Positions 1 through 7,984 of a DNA stretch of 53,958 nt are shown here, piece by piece. The stretch is from positions 1-53,958 of IMG/VR virus record IMGVR_UViG_3300024429_000008; one strand, 5' to 3'. Position numbers and translations under genes: made by a program. The stretch comes from a virus (lineage: Duplodnaviria > Caudoviricetes). Position 1 is the stretch's first letter. Every line of letters starts with the position of its first letter. The notes under the pieces are model-generated. The model made no database searches and was not told the DNA's origin. It saw nothing but the letters and a program-made list of their open reading frames with translations.

Positions 1-584
1 ACTTCGAGATTCTAGGGACAAGTGCCAGCACGGATGATGTCGATCATAACGCCGAGGGTGGCCTGACCATGCAAACGGATGGAGCAAACGACGATCAGAT
101 CTTCGTTCATCCTCATCAGGATGCCAATCAGAGTCCCTGGAACTACGTGACGTGGGGGACGGATCAGGAAACCCGATACGAATGTCGGGTAGAGACCCCG
201 GTTGATGTAACCACGGGCATTCACCTAGTGGTAGGCTTGAAGACCGACCTGGATATGACGCTGAACGACGCCGACCTCGTCGTGTTCAACTACAACACGG
301 ATGACTCGGACCTGACATGGGGCGTGGTCGCCAACGTGAATAGTGGGACAGCTACGGATACCGATACCGGCGTCCCCTGCACTCCCGCGACAACCTACAT
401 TTTTGTAATCAAATTCGACGCAGCCGGAGTAGCCCACTGCTACATCAATGACCAGCTGGTGGCCGAGATCGATTTTGCTGGAGAGGCGGCAGACCTAAAA
501 CCATTTGTTGGCCTACAATCCCTGTCAGCAACGACAGACGAACTGGTCCTGATCGAGCAAAAGATCGGGCGGAACTACGCATAG
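1..584 (+). CDS. 3' part of putative virion beta-sandwich (ConA/LamG-like) protein, paralog 1; gene begins at 53818 across the circular junction
   Basis: Frame 3 is open from base 3 (FEILGTS...NAEGG...TWGTDQE...LKPFVGLQS). It shares motifs with 594..1340 and 1354..2088 and continues the ORF that starts at 53818. Confidence 0.75.
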   Translation, partial: FEILGTSASTDDVDHNAEGGLTMQTDGANDDQIFVHPHQDANQSPWNYVTWGTDQETRYECRVETPVDVTTGIHLVVGLKTDLDMTLNDADLVVFNYNTDDSDLTWGVVANVNSGTATDTDTGVPCTPATTYIFVIKFDAAGVAHCYINDQLVAEIDFAGEAADLKPFVGLQSLSATTDELVLIEQKIGRNYA

Positions 585-593
585 GAGACTGAG

Positions 594-1340
594 ATGCCAG
601 GAATAGGTACTCTACTGAGCACGGACAGACGCGAGTGGATCTGGGTTGCTGGCGAGAATGGCAAGCCCGGGGCCGTTGGGGACCTAGTGAACACCTCCGA
701 AGCGATCCGCATGATCTCCGACCACGCCGTGCAGGTCCTAGGGACGAGTGCTGTTACAGCCTGTGTCTCCAACAACGCCGAGGGTGGAGTGGATATCGTA
801 ACGGCTGGGGCTGACAACGATCAAACCATCCTAGTACCCCACGAAACTACCAATGCCTGCTTGCTACACCCCGACACGATGACTTGGGGTTCAGACCGGG
901 GCACTGAATTCGAGGTCCTGTTCAAGACTCCTTCATCCATTGCGACGATCCTCATCATGGCGGGCCTGAAGGCAGATGACAGCCCTGTGGACCTGGCCAT
1001 TACGGATGCCGATCTGGCTGTGCTGCAATTCAATACAGATGACACCGACACGAACTGGGGTTCCGTCTCAGATACCACAGCGGGATCGGACATCGACAAG
1101 GATACCGGCCATGTCGTGGCGGCCAGCACCATCTACAAGTTTGGCTGGAAGTTTGACCATAAGGGCGTGTGCCATGTATTCATCAACGACGAAGAGGTTG
1201 ACGCGATCGACTTCTCTAATGATGCAGTGGACTTCATCCCTATGATTGCCGTGCAGTCACTAGACGGAGATACCTCAGCTACACCTGCCCTGACCGTATA
1301 TGGGTGGCGGCTGTCCCGACGTTTCGGGGCTTCAGACTAA
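594..1340 (+). CDS. Putative virion beta-sandwich protein, paralog 2
   Basis: RBS AGGAG. Shared motifs RMISD, NAEGG, TWGSD, GLK, FINDEEV, IPMIAVQS. Acidic and Thr/Asp-rich. Confidence 0.75.
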   Translation: MPGIGTLLSTDRREWIWVAGENGKPGAVGDLVNTSEAIRMISDHAVQVLGTSAVTACVSNNAEGGVDIVTAGADNDQTILVPHETTNACLLHPDTMTWGSDRGTEFEVLFKTPSSIATILIMAGLKADDSPVDLAITDADLAVLQFNTDDTDTNWGSVSDTTAGSDIDKDTGHVVAASTIYKFGWKFDHKGVCHVFINDEEVDAIDFSNDAVDFIPMIAVQSLDGDTSATPALTVYGWRLSRRFGASD

Positions 1341-1353
1341 AGGAGAAACTATC

Positions 1354-2088
1354 GTGAGAGCCGGTACAGAAGCCTTCACTACCAAAGAAACAGGTCGCAG
1401 AGACAGGCTAAACCTGATCTGGCACCCCCAACGAGGGAAACCTGCTATTTTAGCAGATTATACCAGTGCCACCGATGCTACCCGAATGATTGCTGATCCG
1501 GACATGCTGATTGGAGGGACTAACATCGCCTCTAATACTTCAGCAGCGGCCGTTGAAGGGGGGTTGTTCTTAGCAGTAACGGCTGATGCTACCAACGCCG
1601 TGGCTATCTCCCCTCATACCCTGGCCAACAACAGCATCTGGCAGCAAGTCACCTGGGGAACGGACCAGGAAGTGGAATGGGAAGCCCTCCTCCAGTATGA
1701 TGCGGTTATGACTGATCGACTCTTCAAGTGTGGACTGTGTCTATTGCCTGCAACCGTAGACCTGGGCACGGACAACGACCAGATCGGATGGATGGCCGAG
1801 GACGACGGGGTTCTCGATGTCATCGCTTCTATCAGCAACGCCGACGTGACCATAGCCGGAGTGCAAACTGTAGTGGCTAGTCAGTACATCCACTTCGCCA
1901 TCAAGTTCGACGCTACCGGAGTCGCCCGCACTTACATTGATGGGCGTGAGGTACAAGTGAATGGGTACTACCGAGGCAACGCCGTAGATCTATTCCCCTA
2001 CGTAGCTACGCTGGAGGACACTTCCGCAGGTGCTCACCCTAAGATCAACGTCCTGGGGATGGCCATCAGCCGGGCGATTGGTACATAA
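1354..2088 (+). CDS. Putative virion beta-sandwich protein, paralog 3
   Basis: GTG start at 1354 after AAGGAG. Motifs RMIADPD, VEGG, TWGTDQE, YIDGREV. Confidence 0.75.
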   Translation: MRAGTEAFTTKETGRRDRLNLIWHPQRGKPAILADYTSATDATRMIADPDMLIGGTNIASNTSAAAVEGGLFLAVTADATNAVAISPHTLANNSIWQQVTWGTDQEVEWEALLQYDAVMTDRLFKCGLCLLPATVDLGTDNDQIGWMAEDDGVLDVIASISNADVTIAGVQTVVASQYIHFAIKFDATGVARTYIDGREVQVNGYYRGNAVDLFPYVATLEDTSAGAHPKINVLGMAISRAIGT

Positions 2089-2099
2089 GGAGGAGAATC

Positions 2100-2504
2100 A
2101 TGGGTCTAGGTACAGTACGAGCTGGGGCCCCCGTAAAGGGGACCACCGCAGCTGATGGAACTGATGGCAGCCTCACGCTCCCTCGGATCATCCTCTTTGA
2201 TCCTCCAGTGAGGCCATGTATTGTGACAAATCATTGCACTGGGGGAGAAATCCTAGTCAAGGTCAACACTGAGTTGAGTGGTACTGTATCAGAGACCTTC
2301 TCGGCTGCAAACGGCCTCGGTCATGTCATAATCCCCCCCAACATCACCCTGGCCGACGCCGCCAAGGACCACCCCGAGGGTGGGGCCCGCTGGGCTGATG
2401 TGAGCTTCGGAGGACTAGTAGCTGTTCACTCGGTAGCGATCAGTACCGTTGGCCAAAGCGGTCACGACTTGGACGACGTATCCGTGATAGGATTCGAGCC
2501 GTGA
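2100..2504 (+). CDS. Hypothetical protein, probably structural
   Basis: Strong RBS AGGAGGAG; 134 aa, beta-rich; in the same operon as the paralogs. Confidence 0.65.
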   Translation: MGLGTVRAGAPVKGTTAADGTDGSLTLPRIILFDPPVRPCIVTNHCTGGEILVKVNTELSGTVSETFSAANGLGHVIIPPNITLADAAKDHPEGGARWADVSFGGLVAVHSVAISTVGQSGHDLDDVSVIGFEP

Positions 2505-2734
2505 AGCAAGTTGACTCACTCGTAGCTGCTTTGGTAGGCGGGCTTCTGATGTTCCTAGCCCTGTGGCTGACTGTCCAACCTGTCTCTGCCAAAGAGGTAC
2601 ATGAATACGTCCGCTTAACCGTCGAGCGTCGGCTTGACAACATCGAGGATGGACTGAAAGAACTACGTCAAGGCCAGGTAGAACTGCAAAAGGGACTAGC
2701 TGGAGTGGAGGCTATACTTCTTTCTACCCAGTAG
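2501..2734 (+). CDS. Small membrane protein with coiled coil (holin/hemolysin XhlA-like architecture)
   Basis: N-terminal hydrophobic helix LVAALVGGLLMFLALWL, then a heptad-rich segment; GTGA overlap with the upstream gene. Confidence 0.5.
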   Translation: MKQVDSLVAALVGGLLMFLALWLTVQPVSAKEVHEYVRLTVERRLDNIEDGLKELRQGQVELQKGLAGVEAILLSTQ

Positions 2735-2754
2735 CAGAGACAGGGGGAGACAAG

Positions 2755-3060
2755 ATGTTACCCGAGTCGATCCAGATTGGAGCTCACGTCTATTCTTTGA
2801 CACTGGTAGGTCGAAAGAAGTTACAGAAGAATCACACCGCCGAGGTTGATAACGAACAGAATCAAATCCGCATTTATCAGAAGTGCACCGCTTCCCGTCG
2901 GATCGAAGTACTATTTCACGAGGTCATCCATGCCATATTGGCTGGGACGCAATTCCCCATGGAAGAAGTGACTTGTACCATCCTGGGGGAAGGTTTGACC
3001 CAGCTCATCCGAGATAATCCTGAACTAATCAAACATGTACAAGATACCCTAGCCGAATAG
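2755..3060 (+). CDS. Small HEXXH zinc metallopeptidase-like protein
   Basis: EVLFHEVIHAIL motif followed by a downstream Glu (MEE); common small phage family. Confidence 0.7.
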   Translation: MLPESIQIGAHVYSLTLVGRKKLQKNHTAEVDNEQNQIRIYQKCTASRRIEVLFHEVIHAILAGTQFPMEEVTCTILGEGLTQLIRDNPELIKHVQDTLAE

Positions 3061-3078
3061 GCAAGCCCAATTTACGGT
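3057..3078 (+). repeat. 22-bp direct repeat, copy 1 (ATAGGCAAGCCCAATTTACGGT)
   Basis: Identical copy at 8564..8585. Confidence 0.9.
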
Positions 3079-3133
3079 AGTGTTGAGGAAAACTCCAGGT
3101 ACAAGGGCTAGGGAAAAAAACCGAAAAAAAAAC

Positions 3134-3162
3134 TTGCCTTCGGTTGACCGGCGGCATAGAAT
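3134..3162 (+). promoter_or_regulatory. sigma70-type promoter of the ubiquitin-like operon
   Basis: TTGCCT-17 bp-TAGAAT with upstream A-tracts (UP-element-like), followed by hairpin TTTTTCGAC...GTCGAAAAA. Confidence 0.65.
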
Positions 3163-3241
3163 TTTTCGACGACGGCCGCCTCGGAGGCGGGGTCGAAAAA
3201 CTCCCAGCATTGGAAGCAAACAGCACGCACGGAGGATAATC

Positions 3242-3511
3242 ATGCAGAGACAAAGAGTGAAGGGTAGTAAGTGGATTTACTCAATGATCGTAGAGCATTT
3301 TCTCACCAAAGACATAGGGGTGTCACCCGATGGACTCGTACACTCCGATGGAAACGCCTTGTATTGTTGGGGAGTGAGCATAGCACGATGGCTAGACGGG
3401 ATACTACACGTGCGATCCCTAGAGGAATGTACCAAGAATAACGCAGTTCGGGAGGTCCGGGCTGGACTATTGGCAAGCTGCCAGGACAAGGCAGCCAACA
3501 GAAGGAGCTAG
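3242..3511 (+). CDS. Hypothetical protein, first gene of the Ubl operon
   Basis: ATG at 3242 after GGAGGA; 89 aa. Confidence 0.6.
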   Translation: MQRQRVKGSKWIYSMIVEHFLTKDIGVSPDGLVHSDGNALYCWGVSIARWLDGILHVRSLEECTKNNAVREVRAGLLASCQDKAANRRS

Positions 3512-3515
3512 CAGT

Positions 3516-3749
3516 ATGAGCGAGGGCAACGCAATCAACATCACCATTAGGATGGGTGGGGATAGCCTGAATTTCACTTTCCCTAGAGGGACTACAATCG
3601 GGGTCCTGACGGAGGATGGGAGACTACGCGGGTCTGAAGATGCTACTGTACAAGTCAATGGGGTGCAAGCGGATGAGGACACGGTCCTCGAAGACGGGGA
3701 CTGTGTCTCGCAGACGAAAGTGCACGGCCAGCAGGGATCGGACAACTAG
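3516..3749 (+). CDS. Ubiquitin-like beta-grasp protein (ThiS/MoaD/Ubl-like)
   Basis: 77 aa with beta-grasp pattern INITIR..FTFPRGTTIG..VQVNG..DTVLEDGD; ends GQQG-SDN; upstream of E1 and JAB genes. Confidence 0.8.
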   Translation: MSEGNAINITIRMGGDSLNFTFPRGTTIGVLTEDGRLRGSEDATVQVNGVQADEDTVLEDGDCVSQTKVHGQQGSDN

Positions 3750-3763
3750 GTATGTTATTCGTG

Positions 3764-3819
3764 GGCAGAGACAGGGGGACCCCAGGGGATATTATGGTCC
3801 CCACCCCCCTGTCTCTGCC
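3764..3819. repeat. 15-bp perfect inverted repeat built from two 11-mer copies
   Basis: GGCAGAGACAGGGGG (3764-3778) and CCCCCTGTCTCTGCC (3805-3819), intergenic after the Ubl gene. Confidence 0.85.
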
Positions 3820-3849
3820 ATTCTTGATGGGCTAGCTGGAGCAACTACC

Positions 3850-4212
3850 GTGGCAAAGTTTAAGGTTTGGCACCCGGATGGCGAAAGCCACGAGATTATG
3901 GGTGAACTCCGGATACTGACCAGTCAATGTGGACTCCACACTATATTGGCCATCCAGATGGTCCACCCAGTTACGAGTAGCGTGCCAGGTTACCAAGGGG
4001 ATCGGTGGGTCCCAGGAGTACTGTGTCCTATCAATCCTCTTTGTGTTATTGTAGACATGAAGTCAGACAAGATCTGCCACCATCCCCGCCGCCCGCTCAA
4101 CGAACAGCTTATGTCGGACCCGGCTTGGGAGTGGCTGAGGGATAATCCCACTTGGCCAAATGTGCTAGAGTTGGATTGGGAGAAAATGTGGCGTAAGGAG
4201 GATTGGGAATGA
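3850..4212 (+). CDS. Hypothetical protein (Ubl operon)
   Basis: Likely GTG start at 3850 after GGAG; Trp-rich C-terminus; ATGA overlap with the next gene. Confidence 0.55.
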   Translation: MAKFKVWHPDGESHEIMGELRILTSQCGLHTILAIQMVHPVTSSVPGYQGDRWVPGVLCPINPLCVIVDMKSDKICHHPRRPLNEQLMSDPAWEWLRDNPTWPNVLELDWEKMWRKEDWE

Positions 4213-4481
4213 GCTGTGATTGTATAAAACGTATTACCTTGCTGGTTGATCGACTCATCGAGTTGGAGGGCCGCGTAGGTATGATAGAGGCCAACTTGCG
4301 AGTAGCGGCGGAGGCTCTAGGCTTCCCGCCTTGGGATGAGGAAGTACATGGGGGAGGCTTTCCAGCGGAGGAGGATGAGGACCTTCCAGAGATAATCGGG
4401 GAAATTGGAGAGGAGTTTCCCTTTCCAGAGCTGGATGAGAATTTCCCTCCGGTGGAGGCAGAACTCGATGAAGAAAACTGA
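4209..4481 (+). CDS. Hypothetical protein with coiled coil and very acidic tail
   Basis: Translationally coupled on both sides; E/D-rich C-terminal half. Confidence 0.55.
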   Translation: MSCDCIKRITLLVDRLIELEGRVGMIEANLRVAAEALGFPPWDEEVHGGGFPAEEDEDLPEIIGEIGEEFPFPELDENFPPVEAELDEEN

Positions 4482-5190
4482 ACTGTTTGGACCAGGTTGT
4501 GAGTGGGTATTTGTGGGGTGCGGGGGGACTTTCTTTATGGCAATCCCTATATACTCCGTTTTGCTCCATAAGTACAGGCCCGGTAGCATTACGGTCATAG
4601 ACCCAGACCGTACAGAGCTGAAGAACTATGATCGACAATGGCCAGGGCGTGCCCCTGGACAGGAGAAGGCTCATCATGGCCGCGTCGCACTCGGTTGTCC
4701 AGGGGTCTCCATCGCGGAGCGATTCAATCCGAGTGATGAAGTTCTAATCGAGAGGACGGAGGGGAGACCAGTCGTAGCCATTGTGAATGTAGACAATGAC
4801 CAAGCCAGGCTAGACGTACACAGTTGGTTGGCGAGCCGGGTCAGCGATGGAGTTATGATAGATTCCGGTTGTGAAGCTGAGTACGGCCAATCTTGGGCCG
4901 GTATCTGGTTGGGTAGCAAGTGTATACACGATTGGTCGATTACTCACCCGAGTGTTGGGACGGTGGCCCCCGCAGCGGGGGGTGGATGTAGTCCACAGAC
5001 TGCTATGTCAAATCTTATGACAGCAACGTGCTCTGCCCTGATGATCGAAGAAGTAGTAAGATGGTTGCAAGCATTAGATGTAGGGATTCCACTGAGCATA
5101 CAGGAGTATGAATGGCAGATTTGGTCATCCAAGGGGGAAATTAGACTCTGGAATACTAAGATTCCTATACAGGTGGAAGGAAGTACTTGA
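4468..5190 (+). CDS. E1-like ThiF/MoeB-family adenylyltransferase (ubiquitin-activating-like)
   Basis: ATG at 4468 after GGAGG. Motifs VFVGCGG, VIDPD..ELKNYDRQ, K, VNVDN..AR, IDSG; candidate catalytic Cys in GGCSPQ...N. Confidence 0.88.
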   Translation: MKKTELFGPGCEWVFVGCGGTFFMAIPIYSVLLHKYRPGSITVIDPDRTELKNYDRQWPGRAPGQEKAHHGRVALGCPGVSIAERFNPSDEVLIERTEGRPVVAIVNVDNDQARLDVHSWLASRVSDGVMIDSGCEAEYGQSWAGIWLGSKCIHDWSITHPSVGTVAPAAGGGCSPQTAMSNLMTATCSALMIEEVVRWLQALDVGIPLSIQEYEWQIWSSKGEIRLWNTKIPIQVEGST

Positions 5191-6215
5191 TGTTACATAC
5201 GTTAGAAGATATTTGGGAAGACCTTGAGGAGCAGCAATCCAAGCCTAGGGTAACGATGGGTTCTCCTCTCGGCGAGGAGCAACCACTCCTTGAATGGAAG
5301 GATTTAGAGAAGTACACCACGGATGAGAAAACCGACCTGACCATAGGCAGGGACAATCGAGTGTACGGAATACGGGGGGATGTTGTACAGTGTTGGGCTC
5401 CATTAGCACCTACGGGACCAGAGCAGGTATATCTGGATTGTGTCCGATGGGGGAATGCACCTCCCCTAGAACACCTGGCCCATCTGTTTGAACATTTCTT
5501 CCAGAAGTATGATCAAGAAGTGATTATGCTAGTCGGCCAGAAATTGAATGGATCAGAGTGGCTGTACTTTGTACCTCCCCAAGTGGGGACGGGGGGAGGG
5601 GTGAAGTGGGATATCCGGGGGGAGGCTGCAAAAGAATTCACTGGCTTGGCTGTATGGATAGGAACGATCCATAGCCACCCTGGAAATTGCACCAGCCCCA
5701 GTACAGTAGACGTTAGCGAGTGGGCTGATCCCTTATGCTCTGGTATCCACATGATACTAGGGAACGATGGGAGTTATACTTATCATGGAGCCATCGTCGG
5801 GAAAACATTCCCCCTGAAGAGCGGGACTCTAGAAGGGGTTATGCCAGCACCGGTATGGTGGCGACAAAGTGGTGGGCGTAGCTTGGGAGAGTTGCTGCGG
5901 ACTCCACCCCCACTACCGCCTCCAACGCCCACTGTTAAGACGGTGGATACGACCGCGAGGCCCTTTCCCCGACTCCTAAGAGACGAGATCCCTCACCAGA
6001 TTACTCAAGACGAACCCGGACTCCCACCCGACTCCTATTCGTCCCTCGCCTGCGACCGGGATGACCTGGATGATTTACGGATCGTGTTCTCCGGGAATGC
6101 GGTTTGGATTATGACCTCTCTGGAATGCAGCGTTTGGATGAGTGAAAATCCCAGCCTCAGCTCCGAGGTAGAGATTCGGACGCTGCGGATTCCCAACGGA
6201 GGAGAGCCATCGTGA
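5190..6215 (+). CDS. JAB/MPN+ (JAMM) metallo-isopeptidase
   Basis: Exact JAMM motif HxH-x7-S-x2-D (HSHPGNCTSPSTVD) with upstream Glu (QEVIML); Pro-rich linker after the domain. Confidence 0.88.
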   Translation: MLHTLEDIWEDLEEQQSKPRVTMGSPLGEEQPLLEWKDLEKYTTDEKTDLTIGRDNRVYGIRGDVVQCWAPLAPTGPEQVYLDCVRWGNAPPLEHLAHLFEHFFQKYDQEVIMLVGQKLNGSEWLYFVPPQVGTGGGVKWDIRGEAAKEFTGLAVWIGTIHSHPGNCTSPSTVDVSEWADPLCSGIHMILGNDGSYTYHGAIVGKTFPLKSGTLEGVMPAPVWWRQSGGRSLGELLRTPPPLPPPTPTVKTVDTTARPFPRLLRDEIPHQITQDEPGLPPDSYSSLACDRDDLDDLRIVFSGNAVWIMTSLECSVWMSENPSLSSEVEIRTLRIPNGGEPS

Positions 6216-7966
6216 CCCTTAATGAGGTTGTACAACAAGCTATACGGGACCTAGGAACTGTTGACGGCCAGGCATCCGTGAGTGAATACACTAAGACATA
6301 CCCCTACATGGCTGTCCTAGAAACAGAGATGACATCCCGAGTATATCAGGTACTGGAGAGCGTCGTGGGAGGGTCCCCTGACTTCCCCTCACAACATGTC
6401 CACATGAGGCCGTTCCTACCAGATCGTCAGGATATTGATGGAATTTTGTGGGCTGGGGTACCCTCTCTCACCTGTTCAGGGGAATCTGAAGGAGGAGCTC
6501 TAATATTCCACCAGTTCTATGAGGGGCCACCCGAATCCCCCATCGGACCCGTAGCGTTGAGGATTATGCCTGGTCTCCAAGAGACTGACCTAGCTTTCGT
6601 CCCTATGCGATGTAATCGCCTTCGAGAAGTAATGCAAATTAGGGGAGGCCACCAACTTGATGATCCTCCAGAGCAATTCCCAATCGGCTATAATCGGGCC
6701 TGTCAGCCACGGGTGGATCATATAGCCGCCGCGATTATGGCCCTGGGAACGCATCCCGGGACACCTGGAATAGCCTTCCGAGGGTTGCTAGGGGATACCC
6801 CCATCGCAGTTTTTGCCCGGAGTTTGTGGGAGAACCTGTATCGAGATAAGGGTCCACTCTCCCTACAGACAGTAGGCTCACGCTTCGCCCATGCAGCAAA
6901 AATGGTCTTGGCTTATGCTTACCCGACGATGATGAGCCACCCCACATTGGAGGACTTGAAGTGTATTAGGCAGACTCTCAGGCATCCCCTTTGGAGCCTA
7001 GAGGAGGCGTGGCCAACCTATTACAACCTTGTAGTACCCCCTTCTCTCTTTCAGGCCGCTAGAGAATGCATGACTCAAGGACATACCCCTATCATACCCC
7101 AATACATAACATCTACCGTATGGTTATTCAACGGTGGTAGAGATAATTACTGTTTAGGGACTGATCCCAATCCGGGGAATTCTTGGTGGGCCAAGAAGGT
7201 TTGGGCCGGGATGCACTCCGGATTCAATCTCGACATATCGGGTGAATTCTCTAAGTGGCCGGGGCCAATCCCAGCGGAGTGGGCAACTCTGTTAGTACAG
7301 GCCATGCAGGATCAACAGGAAGAAACCCCACACCTGCGAGCTAGCCAGCAGACTGATGCAGGACTAGAGAAGGCCCGGAACGTACCCTGCATGTTCCGGT
7401 GTGTAGACTCAAGCTATGTAACTTCCTTGATCTACAATTTAGTCGATGCCTCGGGTGAGGTGCAATGCTGTGATGGTAACGGGGTTCCCCAAGAGGTCCC
7501 GCCATGCTCGGACCCCCCCTCCAACCCTTTTGAGAGAGAAGATGATGAAGAAAACGAAGATGACGTGTGTGCAGAGTGTAGAGGATCCTTCGATGACTAC
7601 ACAGTCTGCGGGAATTGCCACGAAATCATTTGTTCGGACTGTCACAGTCGCCCTGAAGGGCATGGGGAGTGTAGGTTCTGCCCATGTTGTCGCGACGATA
7701 CAGACCCCCACTATCGGGTTGATATGGCCCCTTGTCACCTTTGTGGCCGCCTCATTTGTAGTGACCACTATGACCATTGCGAGAGCTGCCTGCACTATAT
7801 CTGCTCTGCCTGTGAGTCTGCAGGAGATCACGCCTGTTCCCCCTGCGAAAGGTGCGGTGGACTATCCGACACCCTAGGTACATGCGAACGCTGTGGGACA
7901 GAAGGTCTATGTGCAACCTGCCGCGAGGGTTGCTGCCTCCTCACACAAGCTGACACGGAAGGATAA
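6212..7966 (+). CDS. Putative prokaryotic E2-like domain fused to a Cys-rich multi-zinc-finger C-terminus
   Basis: FNGGRDNYCLG...W...SGFNLD resembles the prokaryotic E2 family D pattern N..x..C.G...S.FN.D. The C-terminal ~130 aa has more than 10 CxxC/CxxH pairs. The E2 call is by motif resemblance and gene context. Confidence 0.55.
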   Translation: MTLNEVVQQAIRDLGTVDGQASVSEYTKTYPYMAVLETEMTSRVYQVLESVVGGSPDFPSQHVHMRPFLPDRQDIDGILWAGVPSLTCSGESEGGALIFHQFYEGPPESPIGPVALRIMPGLQETDLAFVPMRCNRLREVMQIRGGHQLDDPPEQFPIGYNRACQPRVDHIAAAIMALGTHPGTPGIAFRGLLGDTPIAVFARSLWENLYRDKGPLSLQTVGSRFAHAAKMVLAYAYPTMMSHPTLEDLKCIRQTLRHPLWSLEEAWPTYYNLVVPPSLFQAARECMTQGHTPIIPQYITSTVWLFNGGRDNYCLGTDPNPGNSWWAKKVWAGMHSGFNLDISGEFSKWPGPIPAEWATLLVQAMQDQQEETPHLRASQQTDAGLEKARNVPCMFRCVDSSYVTSLIYNLVDASGEVQCCDGNGVPQEVPPCSDPPSNPFEREDDEENEDDVCAECRGSFDDYTVCGNCHEIICSDCHSRPEGHGECRFCPCCRDDTDPHYRVDMAPCHLCGRLICSDHYDHCESCLHYICSACESAGDHACSPCERCGGLSDTLGTCERCGTEGLCATCREGCCLLTQADTEG

Positions 7967-7984
7967 AAATGGCAAAGACAGGAG

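Noticed and set aside
1-2088. Diversity-generating retroelement behind the paralog array
   Set aside because: No reverse transcriptase and no near-identical template/variable repeat pair; the paralogs are anciently diverged.
3516-5190. Ubl and ThiF as thiamine or molybdopterin biosynthesis auxiliary genes
   Set aside because: No ThiG, MoaE or sulfurtransferase is present; linkage to JAB and an E2-like gene favours protein conjugation.
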